64,000 nucleotides of DNA, taken from IMG/VR virus record IMGVR_UViG_3300049137_000145, positions 29,477-93,476 of that record. The stretch is one strand, 5' to 3'. Positions 19,033 to 27,467 of this stretch are shown here, piece by piece (the first letter of the stretch is position 1; every line of letters begins with the position of its first letter). The position numbers were made by a program, and so were the translations under genes. Source of the stretch: a virus. Below the pieces are notes generated by a model. That model did not search any database and was not told the DNA's origin. It worked only from the letters and a program-made list of their open reading frames with translations.

Positions 19033-19803
19033 TCACAGTCCGCAGCGCGTGGCGAACGCACCGATGACGGTCCACTGGTGCCAGCGAAACAGGATCTCCG
19101 GGTCGTGCCATCCGGCCGCCCGAATGGAGTGGATGAGCGTGTCCTGCGGATGCGGGACGAGGACGCCCCGCAGCGCCCGGGACTTGGCCCGGATACCGTC
19201 GGCAGAAATGCCGTGCTCTGCCTTCCAGTCGTGCGACGAGTCAGTGCTGATCTCATGCCACCTCGAGTCGAGCGGCCGAACCTTCTCCGCGACGATCAGT
19301 GCGCCGGTCTCCCGTGCGGACATCCGGGCCAGGTGGAGGGCAGCCACGCGGTCCCGCAACGGGAGGAACTGGAGCGTGAACAGGCACAGCGTCAGGTCCG
19401 CGTCCGTGTGCGCGAGCGGCGGGGACTGGATCGGCGCGCGTACGTAGTCGATGTGGCGGGCTGGAGCGGTGGCCAGGTTCTCGGCAGCCCTGTCCAGCAT
19501 CGGTTTCTCAACGTCGTACAGAACGGCCGAGACGTCCCGGTGGGCCTGTCGGCGCAGAATGCTACCCACCGTGGTCCCGGTGGACGCGCCGAGGTCGGCG
19601 ATCAGGCCGCCGTGCGGAACGAGCCAGTCGGACAGGCCGGCCACGAGATCCTGGATCGCGTCGTAGAACGGGACACTGGCGCGCACGTGGACGTCGAACT
19701 CGTTCACCACGTCCGGGGTGAAGGACCAGGCGCCGGCGGCGAAGGTCTCCGCAATGTCCCGGCGGGCGGGCGTCTCATCCGTAGAGGCGTCGGTATTCTG
19801 CAC
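19033..19803 (-). CDS. cmoA: CmoA-like carboxy-S-adenosylmethionine (Cx-SAM) synthase family protein
   Basis: Collinear with E. coli CmoA as recalled. [23 protein letters not shown] matches [35 protein letters not shown]...GALIVAEK matches NFTLQFLEPSER...[18 protein letters not shown]...KSRALRGVL matches HDFKRANGYS...KRSMLENVM. The GTG start overlaps the asnB-like stop. Confidence 0.8.
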   Translation of the reverse strand: [256 protein letters not shown]

Positions 19804-21181
19804 GGTAGTACCTCGCAGGGTCCGGGAGGGTCTGACTTATCAAGGTCTTCAGCCCGAGGCCATCCTGGAACGCCACCTTCGGGCGGGTGGTCACGGAGTC
19901 CGGGAGCCGGCCCCGGTACGCGCGCTGGAGTACGGCCTTCGGCCGGGCTTTGCCGTCCTGAACGGCGTGCCTGGGCAGGGACAGGGCGAGGTCCACGACG
20001 TCCGGGTCCAGGAACGGCAGCCTGCCCTCCACGCCGTGGGCCATGAACGACTTGTTCACCCGGGGGAAGTTGCGCCGGGCCTGCGCGGCGATCAGGTCCC
20101 GCCGGTAGGTGAACCAGCCCGATTTGGCCAGACCGTGGTAGGCGAACCCGTACGATGCCCACAGCTCGTCACTGCCCTCGCCGGTGTACGTGACCTTGAA
20201 GCCGTCGGAACGGATGGCCCTCGCGAGAGCGAGACACGGCCAGGAGATCTCTACCTGTGCCTTGTAGTCCATCTCGACCTGCGCGACGACGTGAGAGAGG
20301 TCGTCGGCCGTCGGCGGCGGGACGTCGACCTCCACCAACTTGACGCCGATCATCTCGGCTGTCTCCCGGGCGCAGCGCAGGTCCCGGGACCTCGGGTCCA
20401 TCCGTGCGGTGTAGCAGACCAGGTCCGGGTAGTGCTGCTTCAGCTCCAGAGCGATGGCGGCGGAGTCGATGCCGCCGGACAGCAAGGAGCACACCGGCAC
20501 ATCGGCAATGGCCCGCCGGTCCACGGCCCGCTCAAGGGCCCCAGCGAGGGCGTCGGCCGCGTTGTCCAGCGTCCAGTTCGCCGGATGCGCGGTGAGCCGG
20601 TGGAAGGTCCGCCGGGACGTCGCACCGCTGGTCGCCTCAGTTCTCCACCACTCCCCCGGACCGACGTCCAGCACAGCCGGGCCGCAGCGGCGCCCGAGCG
20701 CGGTGAACGCCTTCAGCTCCGAGGCGTACAGCACAGGCCGGGTCCGGTGGACGTGCAGCGGGATCTCCCCGTGCCGGTCCCGCGCCGCGTGCAGCACGCC
20801 CGGCTCTCGGTCGTCCGTCCACACCAGGGCGAACATGCCGTCCAGAGCGGGCAGCGTGCGGGCGGGGCCGAGGACGGCGAGCGCAGCGGCGATGACCTCC
20901 GTGTCCCCGCTGGTCTGCCAGGTCCGGCCAGGATCGGCGCGCTCTACTGTGCGCCGGACGGCCGGGGCGTTGAACAGCTCCCCGTTGTAGGTGAGCAGCA
21001 CCGGCCCGTCGCGGTACGGCTGATCCGAACGCGTGGAAGGGTCCTGAATCGCCAGCCGCGTGTGCCCGAGGGTCACCCCGCCGGACTCGGCGACGGCCGA
21101 CGCATCCGGGCCCCGGTGCGCCAGGGCAGCCACAGCCCGGCTGAGGTCCGCGCGGCCGGCGGCGGCGACCAGACCGCACAT
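19775..21181 (-). CDS. asparagine-synthetase-like glutamine amidotransferase (class II GATase + PP-loop)
   Basis: True start MCGLVAAAG (Cys2 nucleophile) and PP-loop SLLSGGIDSAA. The start overlaps the methyltransferase stop (TGATG). Confidence 0.85.
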   Translation of the reverse strand: MCGLVAAAGRADLSRAVAALAHRGPDASAVAESGGVTLGHTRLAIQDPSTRSDQPYRDGPVLLTYNGELFNAPAVRRTVERADPGRTWQTSGDTEVIAAALAVLGPARTLPALDGMFALVWTDDREPGVLHAARDRHGEIPLHVHRTRPVLYASELKAFTALGRRCGPAVLDVGPGEWWRTEATSGATSRRTFHRLTAHPANWTLDNAADALAGALERAVDRRAIADVPVCSLLSGGIDSAAIALELKQHYPDLVCYTARMDPRSRDLRCARETAEMIGVKLVEVDVPPPTADDLSHVVAQVEMDYKAQVEISWPCLALARAIRSDGFKVTYTGEGSDELWASYGFAYHGLAKSGWFTYRRDLIAAQARRNFPRVNKSFMAHGVEGRLPFLDPDVVDLALSLPRHAVQDGKARPKAVLQRAYRGRLPDSVTTRPKVAFQDGLGLKTLISQTLPDPARYYRAEYRRLYG

Positions 21182-22431
21182 CAGATCGTCCCTGCCTCGC
21201 GCAGCGGCACGAGGATCCGGTCCCGCACGGCGGTGGCGATGTGGGACATCATCACCGGCGGCACGGCCCGGCCGATGCGCTCCCAGCGCTGCGCGTACGT
21301 CCCGGTGAGCACGAAGTCGGCCGGGAACCCGCCGATGGCCCGCAGCTCTCCGAGGGTCAGCTTCCGGGCCTCTACCCCGTGACACGGCCCGGTGATCGTG
21401 ACGTCCCCTTGCGCAGCCATCACCGTGTTGTATGGCCGGTCCGGGTGCTGCCGCCTGACGTGGAAATACTTCTGCGACTTCTCTCCAGGCCGCAGCCTCG
21501 CCCACTCATCGCCGACGGCGTACCCCTTGATGGACAGGGCCTGCCCTGTCTCCGGGTCGTGGGTGGCCGGGTTCTCCGCGTCACATACGTAACCCGCTCC
21601 TTTGTTGGGCCCGCTAGCCATCAGAGTTGGCGCAGAGCCGCTTTCCGCCGGGTACATCGTTGACAGTACGTCCCGGCGGGCTGCTACGAAGTCGGCGTGA
21701 GGCGGGGCCGTACCGTACATAGCGATCCACGGCAGCGCGTCCCGCACGGTGTACCGGTACGGCAGCGGCGCTGGGTGCACCGGGTCCATGCCGAGGTTTT
21801 CTCGGACACCCACGAAAATGAGCCGTTGCCGGGCCTGCGGGACGCCCAGCCACGAAGCGTCTAGCACGCGAGCCTGCACCCTGTACCCGCACGCGCGCAG
21901 CCGGGCCAGGATCAGCTTGAAATACCCCTTGGCCGTGCCTTTGACCAGGCCGGCGACGTTCTCGGCGACGAACGTCCTGGGCTGCGTCTCCTCGATGAGC
22001 CGGGCGTACTCGTAGAACAGGTCGTCGGTGCGCTGCTGGGTGTCACTGTACTTCTTCACCTGGCCCCAGCCGGCCTCGCGTTTGCCGGCTGTAGAGAACG
22101 AGGCACATGGCGGGGAGCCGTCGAACAGGTCGATCTCCCCGGCCCCGAGGCCGCATGCGTCCAGGATGTCCTGGCCGGTGACCTCCCGGATGTCGCGGGT
22201 GTCCAGCACGGTGTACGGCGCCGCGTTGGCCCGGTACGTCTCCTGCGCAGCGGGGATGAACTCACTGGCCCACAGCACCCTGAAACCGGCCATGCGGTAG
22301 CCGAGGGAAGACCCGCCACAGCCCGAGAACGTACTGACTGCGTTGAAGCCGTTCCACGGCAGGCCCCGGATTTCTCCCATGGACGGCACGCGGTACGGCG
22401 GCTTGCCGGTCACCGGGACTTTCCTGACCAC
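21181..22431 (-). CDS. DNA (cytosine-5) methyltransferase-fold enzyme with Arg in motif X
   Basis: Motif I FSGCGG, IV GSPPCASFS, VI FVAENV, VIII QARQRLIFVG and IX GGFPADF. Motif X is GRAVPP instead of the canonical GNAVPP. Confidence 0.9.
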   Translation of the reverse strand: MVRKVPVTGKPPYRVPSMGEIRGLPWNGFNAVSTFSGCGGSSLGYRMAGFRVLWASEFIPAAQETYRANAAPYTVLDTRDIREVTGQDILDACGLGAGEIDLFDGSPPCASFSTAGKREAGWGQVKKYSDTQQRTDDLFYEYARLIEETQPRTFVAENVAGLVKGTAKGYFKLILARLRACGYRVQARVLDASWLGVPQARQRLIFVGVRENLGMDPVHPAPLPYRYTVRDALPWIAMYGTAPPHADFVAARRDVLSTMYPAESGSAPTLMASGPNKGAGYVCDAENPATHDPETGQALSIKGYAVGDEWARLRPGEKSQKYFHVRRQHPDRPYNTVMAAQGDVTITGPCHGVEARKLTLGELRAIGGFPADFVLTGTYAQRWERIGRAVPPVMMSHIATAVRDRILVPLREAGTI

Positions 22432-23021
22432 TCATACCCGCACTTGGGGCACCGGTGTTCGGTCTCGATGTCCTCGTCGTAGGTCGGGAATTCCGCCGGC
22501 GGCACCGGGGCAGGGATGGCGGTCGCATCGAATTCGGGTGCGTCCGCTTGGCTGAACAGCTCCGCATCCGAGAGCGCGTAACCGGTGCCCACGAGGTCGT
22601 CGTCTAGTGTGGCGAGCAGCGCGGCCAGGGCGTCGTCGTCATAGGAGCCGTCGTCGGCCGACTTGTTGTCCACCAGGTTGATGCGCGTGGCGGTCGCGTC
22701 GTCGCACTCGATGAGGTGGGCGAGCGCCGTCGGGTCGTCGCGGTCCACCTCGATGCAGAGCTGGCACGGCCGGTCGTTGGCCAGCTCCCAGTCCTTGCAT
22801 GCTTCGCGACCGTCTTCCTCGTGCCGCAGCAGCGCCAGATACGTGTGGTTGCCGGCGAGGATCGTCAGCGTCTCGTCGGCCCGGCGGACGGTGAGCGGCC
22901 TGTACTGCCCGTTGGCCCGTAGGCTGTCCAGAATCAGATCGACGTTGCCCCGGCGCGCGTTGCCCTCGAACGGGGTGAGATCTTCCAGTGGGACGCGTTC
23001 GGTCCCTACGGTCGTGGTCAT
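22410..23021 (-). CDS. ParB/Srx-like nuclease-domain protein with C-terminal zinc ribbon
   Basis: FEGNARRGNVDLILDSLRANGQYRPL...LAGNHTYLAL, with C-terminal CPKCGYEW. It overlaps the methyltransferase start. Confidence 0.75.
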   Translation of the reverse strand: MTTTVGTERVPLEDLTPFEGNARRGNVDLILDSLRANGQYRPLTVRRADETLTILAGNHTYLALLRHEEDGREACKDWELANDRPCQLCIEVDRDDPTALAHLIECDDATATRINLVDNKSADDGSYDDDALAALLATLDDDLVGTGYALSDAELFSQADAPEFDATAIPAPVPPAEFPTYDEDIETEHRCPKCGYEWSGKSR

Positions 23022-23097
23022 CGCTGCCCCTTCGCCTGGTCGACGGACGCGGCGATGTTAAGACCGGAACAGCCCATGATCGTTCCGGAGCACGATG

Positions 23098-23135
23098 AAG
23101 CCCCGGGCCGTGAGGATCCGGGGCTCGGGGCTTCG
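23098..23135 (-). terminator. compound GC hairpin
   Basis: GAAGCCCCGG...CCGGGGCT...GGGGCTTC. Confidence 0.5.
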
Positions 23136-23143
23136 TCAGGCGG

Positions 23144-23371
23144 TCAGGGATGGGCGCGCAGCCGCAGGGCCTCCAGTTCTTCGGCGACTTGCCGTGCCAT
23201 GTTCCGGGCCTCGGGAAGGGTGTGCCGGGAGGCCTTGCACGGCACAGCCCTGTGACCTCTCATCGACTGTTCACGGCTGAAGTGCCGGTAGAGCCTCCCC
23301 GCGTCCGTGACCCTGGCCGTGCGACTGCACAACGGGCACAGAGTCGTGCCGTCTGCATTGATCTCGTTCAC
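23144..23371 (-). CDS. small zinc-ribbon protein, CPLC...GRLYRH / ...RAHP family (75 aa)
   Basis: GTG start overlapping the upstream stop (GTGA). Sequence VNEINADGTTLCPLCSRTARVTDAGRLYRHF...LRLRAHP. Confidence 0.55.
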   Translation of the reverse strand: MNEINADGTTLCPLCSRTARVTDAGRLYRHFSREQSMRGHRAVPCKASRHTLPEARNMARQVAEELEALRLRAHP

Positions 23372-23568
23372 GGGCCGCCCCCGTTCGGGTCCGCCACAGT
23401 CACAGTGACCTGGGGCGAGTCGTCCCGGTCGTAGAACGCGTCCGTGATCCACCGCGTCGCCACTGCGGGAAGTTCCGCATCGGTGTAGTACTCGTCCCCG
23501 GGCTCCGCTGCGGGGTGGCCGCGCCATTCGATGTCCACGATCAGCCGCGTGCGTCTCGGTTCAGTCAC
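23368..23568 (-). CDS. hypothetical protein (66 aa)
   Basis: Listed ORF, coupled with its neighbours. Confidence 0.55.
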   Translation of the reverse strand: MTEPRRTRLIVDIEWRGHPAAEPGDEYYTDAELPAVATRWITDAFYDRDDSPQVTVTVADPNGGGP

Positions 23569-23995
23569 AGATCCCCAGCTCCCTCATTCGCTCGCGGGGT
23601 GTCAGTTCCTTGCAACCGCAGGGGCCGACTTCGGAGACGTGGTCCGGGCACGGGTCGGCGTGACGCAAGTGCCCGCAGCCGGGACAGACCCGATTCGGCG
23701 GACAGCCACACCCCTCGCCCTCGTGATGGCCGCATCCCCGGCAGACCTCCGCCGCCGGGGTCCGGCCCGGGACAGCGACGCCACGCATGAACGCGAACAA
23801 GTCCGCCTTGCAGCCGGGGCAAAGTTCCCGCAGGTCCGCCGACCCGTCCTCGTTGGGGATCTTGGGCCGCGTCCAGCCCTCCGGCAGCTCGGGCCGGGCC
23901 GTCGGAATGGCAGGGCCTGTGAGTCCGGCGAACAGCATCACGGGCCGGGTCTGCTCCTGGAACCCGCAGCGGTCGCACTCCAGATGAACGCTCAT
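23561..23995 (-). CDS. Cys-rich hypothetical protein (144 aa)
   Basis: Start MSVHLECDRCGF overlaps the upstream stop (ATGA). It has many CxxC/CGC motifs. Confidence 0.55.
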   Translation of the reverse strand: MSVHLECDRCGFQEQTRPVMLFAGLTGPAIPTARPELPEGWTRPKIPNEDGSADLRELCPGCKADLFAFMRGVAVPGRTPAAEVCRGCGHHEGEGCGCPPNRVCPGCGHLRHADPCPDHVSEVGPCGCKELTPRERMRELGICD

Positions 23996-24606
23996 GCCTC
24001 GGCCCTCGCTTCCGGGATCCGCCGGCCGGCCGCGCGGTCCGCATCGCGCCGGGCGTGCTCCGAGTCGTCGTACGCGACGCGCAGGCCGTCTTCGCCGACT
24101 ATGGTCCGGCTGCCGAGGCACAGCGCGACGTCATCCATCGTGAGCCGGGTCCGGGTGACAGACGTGATCTCCAGCGCCCTGGCCACGTCGTCGCCGTACA
24201 GGACGACGAACTTCCCGCCCCGCTTCATCGCCCGGTCGTAGTACGCGGCCGGTTTACGCCCCAGGGCTCGCTCCAGCCGCTGCCGGGCGCGGTGGGAGTT
24301 GACCGCCAGCACGGCGCCCTTCGGCTCCACCATGAGGACGCGGGCCCGTTCGGGGATCTCCTGCGACTCCACACGGCCATCGTGGCCCCGGCAGGTGGTG
24401 ACGCTGCCCTCCCGGGCCGTGACGGTCCACGCGGTGCCGCCGGGCGGCTCGCACCCCATGAGGGGACGTACCCGGCCGTCCCGGCTCACGGTGTACGCCG
24501 TGAACGCGCCCAGGCCCGACACGAACGTATCCCCGACGGCCAGGTCCCGGGCGGGCCTGTCACGCAGGTCGCTCCAGTCGTAGCCGTGTCCCTTGGTTTC
24601 GTTCAT
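23992..24606 (-). CDS. hypothetical protein (204 aa)
   Basis: Start MNETKGHGYDW overlaps the upstream stop (ATGA). The double-SD leader lies inside the upstream CDS. Confidence 0.6.
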   Translation of the reverse strand: MNETKGHGYDWSDLRDRPARDLAVGDTFVSGLGAFTAYTVSRDGRVRPLMGCEPPGGTAWTVTAREGSVTTCRGHDGRVESQEIPERARVLMVEPKGAVLAVNSHRARQRLERALGRKPAAYYDRAMKRGGKFVVLYGDDVARALEITSVTRTRLTMDDVALCLGSRTIVGEDGLRVAYDDSEHARRDADRAAGRRIPEARAEA

Positions 24607-24968
24607 TCCTCGTTCCTCGCTTCCTTGATCTGGAGCTGGGACAACTCCCGGATGCAGTGCGCCCAGCGCGCCGAGGTGCACGTGCCGGACCGTGCGATCT
24701 CCCAGGGGATTTGCTCCCGCCCGCACCGGCCGCAGACGTACAGCCACGTCCCGTCCTCGTTGCGCTGCGGATGGCGGCCGGCGTCCTTGTTGGCACGCAT
24801 CTGCTGCGCCACCCCGAACAGGACGCCCGAAGCGCGGCATTCCACACGGCCCGCCGCAACCAGCTTCGGCACGTTGCTCTTGTGCCGGTACAGCTTGCCC
24901 GTGGCGGTGCGTGAGGCGTAGTTGCCGCACAGGGGGCATGCGCCACCGCTGCTCGCCCGGCCCATCAC
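24603..24968 (-). CDS. zinc-ribbon protein, CPLC...GKLYRH family (121 aa)
   Basis: Contains CPLCGNYASRTATGKLYRHKS plus CGRCG. The C-terminus IKEARNEE is encoded by the leader motif of the next gene. Confidence 0.6.
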   Translation of the reverse strand: MMGRASSGGACPLCGNYASRTATGKLYRHKSNVPKLVAAGRVECRASGVLFGVAQQMRANKDAGRHPQRNEDGTWLYVCGRCGREQIPWEIARSGTCTSARWAHCIRELSQLQIKEARNEE

Positions 24969-25147
24969 GCGCTCCCACCGTTGGTGAGCCGTTCGGCGAA
25001 GTCGGTCAGCTCGTCCCGAATCATCTCCAGGCCGTCCTCGCCGTACTTGTCCGCCAAGTCCTGCGGGTCCCAGCCCTGGGACAGGACCGATTCGAGGATG
25101 AGCCCGGCGCGGAACTTCGCCACACGCCGGGCCTCACGCTTGTTCAC
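24965..25147 (-). CDS. hypothetical protein (60 aa)
   Basis: Listed ORF with a GTG start after AGGAGGG. Confidence 0.5.
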   Translation of the reverse strand: MNKREARRVAKFRAGLILESVLSQGWDPQDLADKYGEDGLEMIRDELTDFAERLTNGGSA

Positions 25148-25295
25148 TGCTCAGCCCTCCTGGGGGTCGTCGTGCGTGACCGGGTTGCAGCGTCCGCAGC
25201 CCCACACGCCGTGCATGTCCGCAGGCTGGCCCGGGGGCGCCGGGGCACGGGGTCCCGGCCTCCGTGCGCCACCCGTCCGTCGTCCAGGGCACCGC

Positions 25296-25958
25296 TCAGT
25301 CCTCCGTCACCGGGTTGGCCGTGATGACAGCCCGGATTGTCTTGAGCGACGGGGTGTCGTGCGGGGATTGTCGGTCCGGCGTAACGCTCAGTCCGAACGG
25401 TGTCTTGCGCGCGACGCCCGGGGCGACGAAGTACCTCAGGTCGTACTGCCAGCGGCGGCCCTCACCGGTCGCCCGGCCTACCCGGGCGTTCAGAACGAAC
25501 CCGTCGTCATACGGAGCCCATGCCTGCTGCGTGGCCCAGCCGTTGGCCTCGGCGAGGGCGAACAGGTCGGCGACCGGCTTCGGCAGGGAGTACCCGGCCG
25601 GTGCCGTGTCCGTGATGCCCGCCTCCAGCCGCCGCAGCGTGACGTCCCGAGCGTGCTTCTCTGCCGGAGTCAGGACGTCGTCGCGCGCCAGGGCGGCGTC
25701 CAGGGTGACGGTCCGGCCGGAGTACCGGCAGGTCCACCCAATGCCGTACGCGTCCTTGATGACCGGGCGGCGCTTGCCGTCCAGGCCCCACATGGCCTTC
25801 GGTTCGTGGGTGGTCAGCACACCGTCCCGGACCGACGCCGTGTTCCCGCACGGGCACAGTGCCTCGACGGTGCGCAGCAGTTCGTACCGCGTGTTCGGCA
25901 GGAGTATCGACGGATCGTGTTTCACCCCGGTCGCCAGGGTCTCGGCGATGGTCGTCAC
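25296..25958 (-). CDS. hypothetical protein (220 aa)
   Basis: Listed ORF with a GTG start overlapping the upstream stop. Confidence 0.6.
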   Translation of the reverse strand: MTTIAETLATGVKHDPSILLPNTRYELLRTVEALCPCGNTASVRDGVLTTHEPKAMWGLDGKRRPVIKDAYGIGWTCRYSGRTVTLDAALARDDVLTPAEKHARDVTLRRLEAGITDTAPAGYSLPKPVADLFALAEANGWATQQAWAPYDDGFVLNARVGRATGEGRRWQYDLRYFVAPGVARKTPFGLSVTPDRQSPHDTPSLKTIRAVITANPVTED

Positions 25959-26152
25959 GATGCTTTCCTCGGTTCCTTAGTCTTGACCTTGCAGTACTCG
26001 CAGAAGTCACGGCCGTCGCGCTTGTGGGCCCAGCCGTAGCTCTTGGCCTCGCGCCGCGCCTCACTGACGGTTTGCGCAGACGGCACAGTGCTGTTGTCGA
26101 GAGGCTGCTGGCAGTCGTCGCAGAAGACGAAGGCGCGCACGAACGCGGTCAC
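25955..26152 (-). CDS. small zinc-binding protein (65 aa)
   Basis: Contains FCDDCQ...FCEYC. The C-terminal KTKEPRKAS is encoded by the leader motif of the next gene. Confidence 0.55.
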   Translation of the reverse strand: MTAFVRAFVFCDDCQQPLDNSTVPSAQTVSEARREAKSYGWAHKRDGRDFCEYCKVKTKEPRKAS

Positions 26153-26155
26153 CGC

Positions 26156-26671
26156 TCAGCCCTCCGTCTCCGGGATCGGGTCGACGTGGGTCAAGGCGAT
26201 CCAGGCGCCGTGACCGGTGACCTGGACGACGGCGGTGTGTCCCTCGGCGACCCATGCTGCGGTGCGGGTGCGCCCCGTCTCTCCCGCGCCCTCCCGGGCT
26301 CCGGTCCAGTAGCGCACCGCCTGACCGACGGGATACGTCAGGTTCCACGCCTCCACGCGCTCGGCCGGCGTCGGGCCGTCGTTGGCCACACGGGTGCCGT
26401 TGCGCAGGGCCGCGTCCAGCGTCGCGAACTCCCGGAGGTACACCAAGACGTCGTCCTCACGGCTGCTCACGCTGACCTCGTACTTCTGGCCGTCTTCGCT
26501 GTAGCTCAATGACGCGATTCCGAGTCGGCCCTTGTGCCACGGAGACTCGCCGTACCCGGGCCGCCAGTCGTGTCCGGGCTTGTCGGTGTACTGGCGGCGC
26601 TCGATGGTCTTCCGGGCCCGCCCGATGCGGTCGATGCCGCTGGCGACGTGTCCGAGGTCGATGTCCTGCAT
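26156..26671 (-). CDS. hypothetical protein (171 aa)
   Basis: Listed ORF preceded by ACCGACCAAGGAACGAAGGAAGGCGGACC. Confidence 0.6.
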   Translation of the reverse strand: MQDIDLGHVASGIDRIGRARKTIERRQYTDKPGHDWRPGYGESPWHKGRLGIASLSYSEDGQKYEVSVSSREDDVLVYLREFATLDAALRNGTRVANDGPTPAERVEAWNLTYPVGQAVRYWTGAREGAGETGRTRTAAWVAEGHTAVVQVTGHGAWIALTHVDPIPETEG

Positions 26672-26748
26672 GGTCCGCCTTCCTTCGTTCCTTGGTCGGT
26701 GAACCGGGCCGCCGCCGGATCGCCGAACAGCCCGGCCATAGGTGCTGT

Positions 26749-26943
26749 TCAGCCCTCGTGGACCCGGACGTCCCCGGGCTCCACCCGGGCACGACCGCCA
26801 CCGAACGTCTTCACCGTCACCGTGCCAGGCGTGGAACCGAGGGACGCTGTGTGACCCGGGTGCACCTGCTCCACCACGCCGTCCTCCCAGTTACCGCCGA
26901 TGAGCACGGACGCCGTAGCACCCTCTACGATCCGCTCGTCCAT
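26749..26943 (-). CDS. hypothetical protein (64 aa)
   Basis: Listed ORF downstream of promoter 26965-27012. Confidence 0.5.
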   Translation of the reverse strand: MDERIVEGATASVLIGGNWEDGVVEQVHPGHTASLGSTPGTVTVKTFGGGRARVEPGDVRVHEG

Positions 26944-26964
26944 CGTTCTCCCCTGTCTCTCAGA

Positions 26965-27012
26965 ACCGATGATTTGATTAAACCATGCTTGGGGTGCCGG
27001 GACAACCCCTTG
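26965..27012 (-). promoter_or_regulatory. conserved phage promoter
   Basis: Minus strand GGGGTTGTCC: -35 is rc of 27000-27005, spacer 17 nt, -10 TTTAAT is rc of 26977-26982, followed by CAAATCATCGG. Confidence 0.7.
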
Positions 27013-27032
27013 GAGCTGTCCCGGCGCCGCAT

Positions 27033-27242
27033 CTACGGGTGCGCTGCCAGACGCAGCCGCTCGCCACCCTCCGCCCGCAGGATGGCTATGGCCAGGGCCT
27101 CATCAATCGGCAGCCCCGAGGCCTCACACAGCCGCCACCCGCCGGGTCCGTGCCCCGGGACGTGCGTGTCCTTGAGCGAGTCGGCCATCCGGCCCGTGTC
27201 CACCAGGTCCCCGCACAGGGGGCACTCGATCACGTCGTTCAT
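27033..27242 (-). CDS. small zinc-ribbon protein, ...RAHP family (69 aa)
   Basis: MNDVIECPLCGDLV...LRLAAHP. Confidence 0.55.
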   Translation of the reverse strand: MNDVIECPLCGDLVDTGRMADSLKDTHVPGHGPGGWRLCEASGLPIDEALAIAILRAEGGERLRLAAHP

Positions 27243-27252
27243 GGCCCTTCCT

Positions 27253-27462
27253 TCACGGGTGGGCTCGGGTCGTCAGGCGCCAGTCCTGTGCACGTATCCG
27301 CCGCACGGCCTCCGCATCATCCTGACGGACGAACGTCTCGCCGAGGCACTGCCCGGCCGCACGTCCCAAGTGGGAGTAGTGCAGCCCGCTCATCAGCCGG
27401 ACCAACCACACCACTCGACCGCATGCCGGGCACATCTCAGGACCGATCATCGTGTCAGCCAT
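27253..27462 (-). CDS. small zinc-ribbon protein, ...RAHP family (69 aa)
   Basis: MADTMIGPEMCPACGRVV...LHYSH...TTRAHP. This is the C-terminal part of listed ORF 27253..27837. Confidence 0.5.
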   Translation of the reverse strand: MADTMIGPEMCPACGRVVWLVRLMSGLHYSHLGRAAGQCLGETFVRQDDAEAVRRIRAQDWRLTTRAHP

Positions 27463-27467
27463 GGTCG

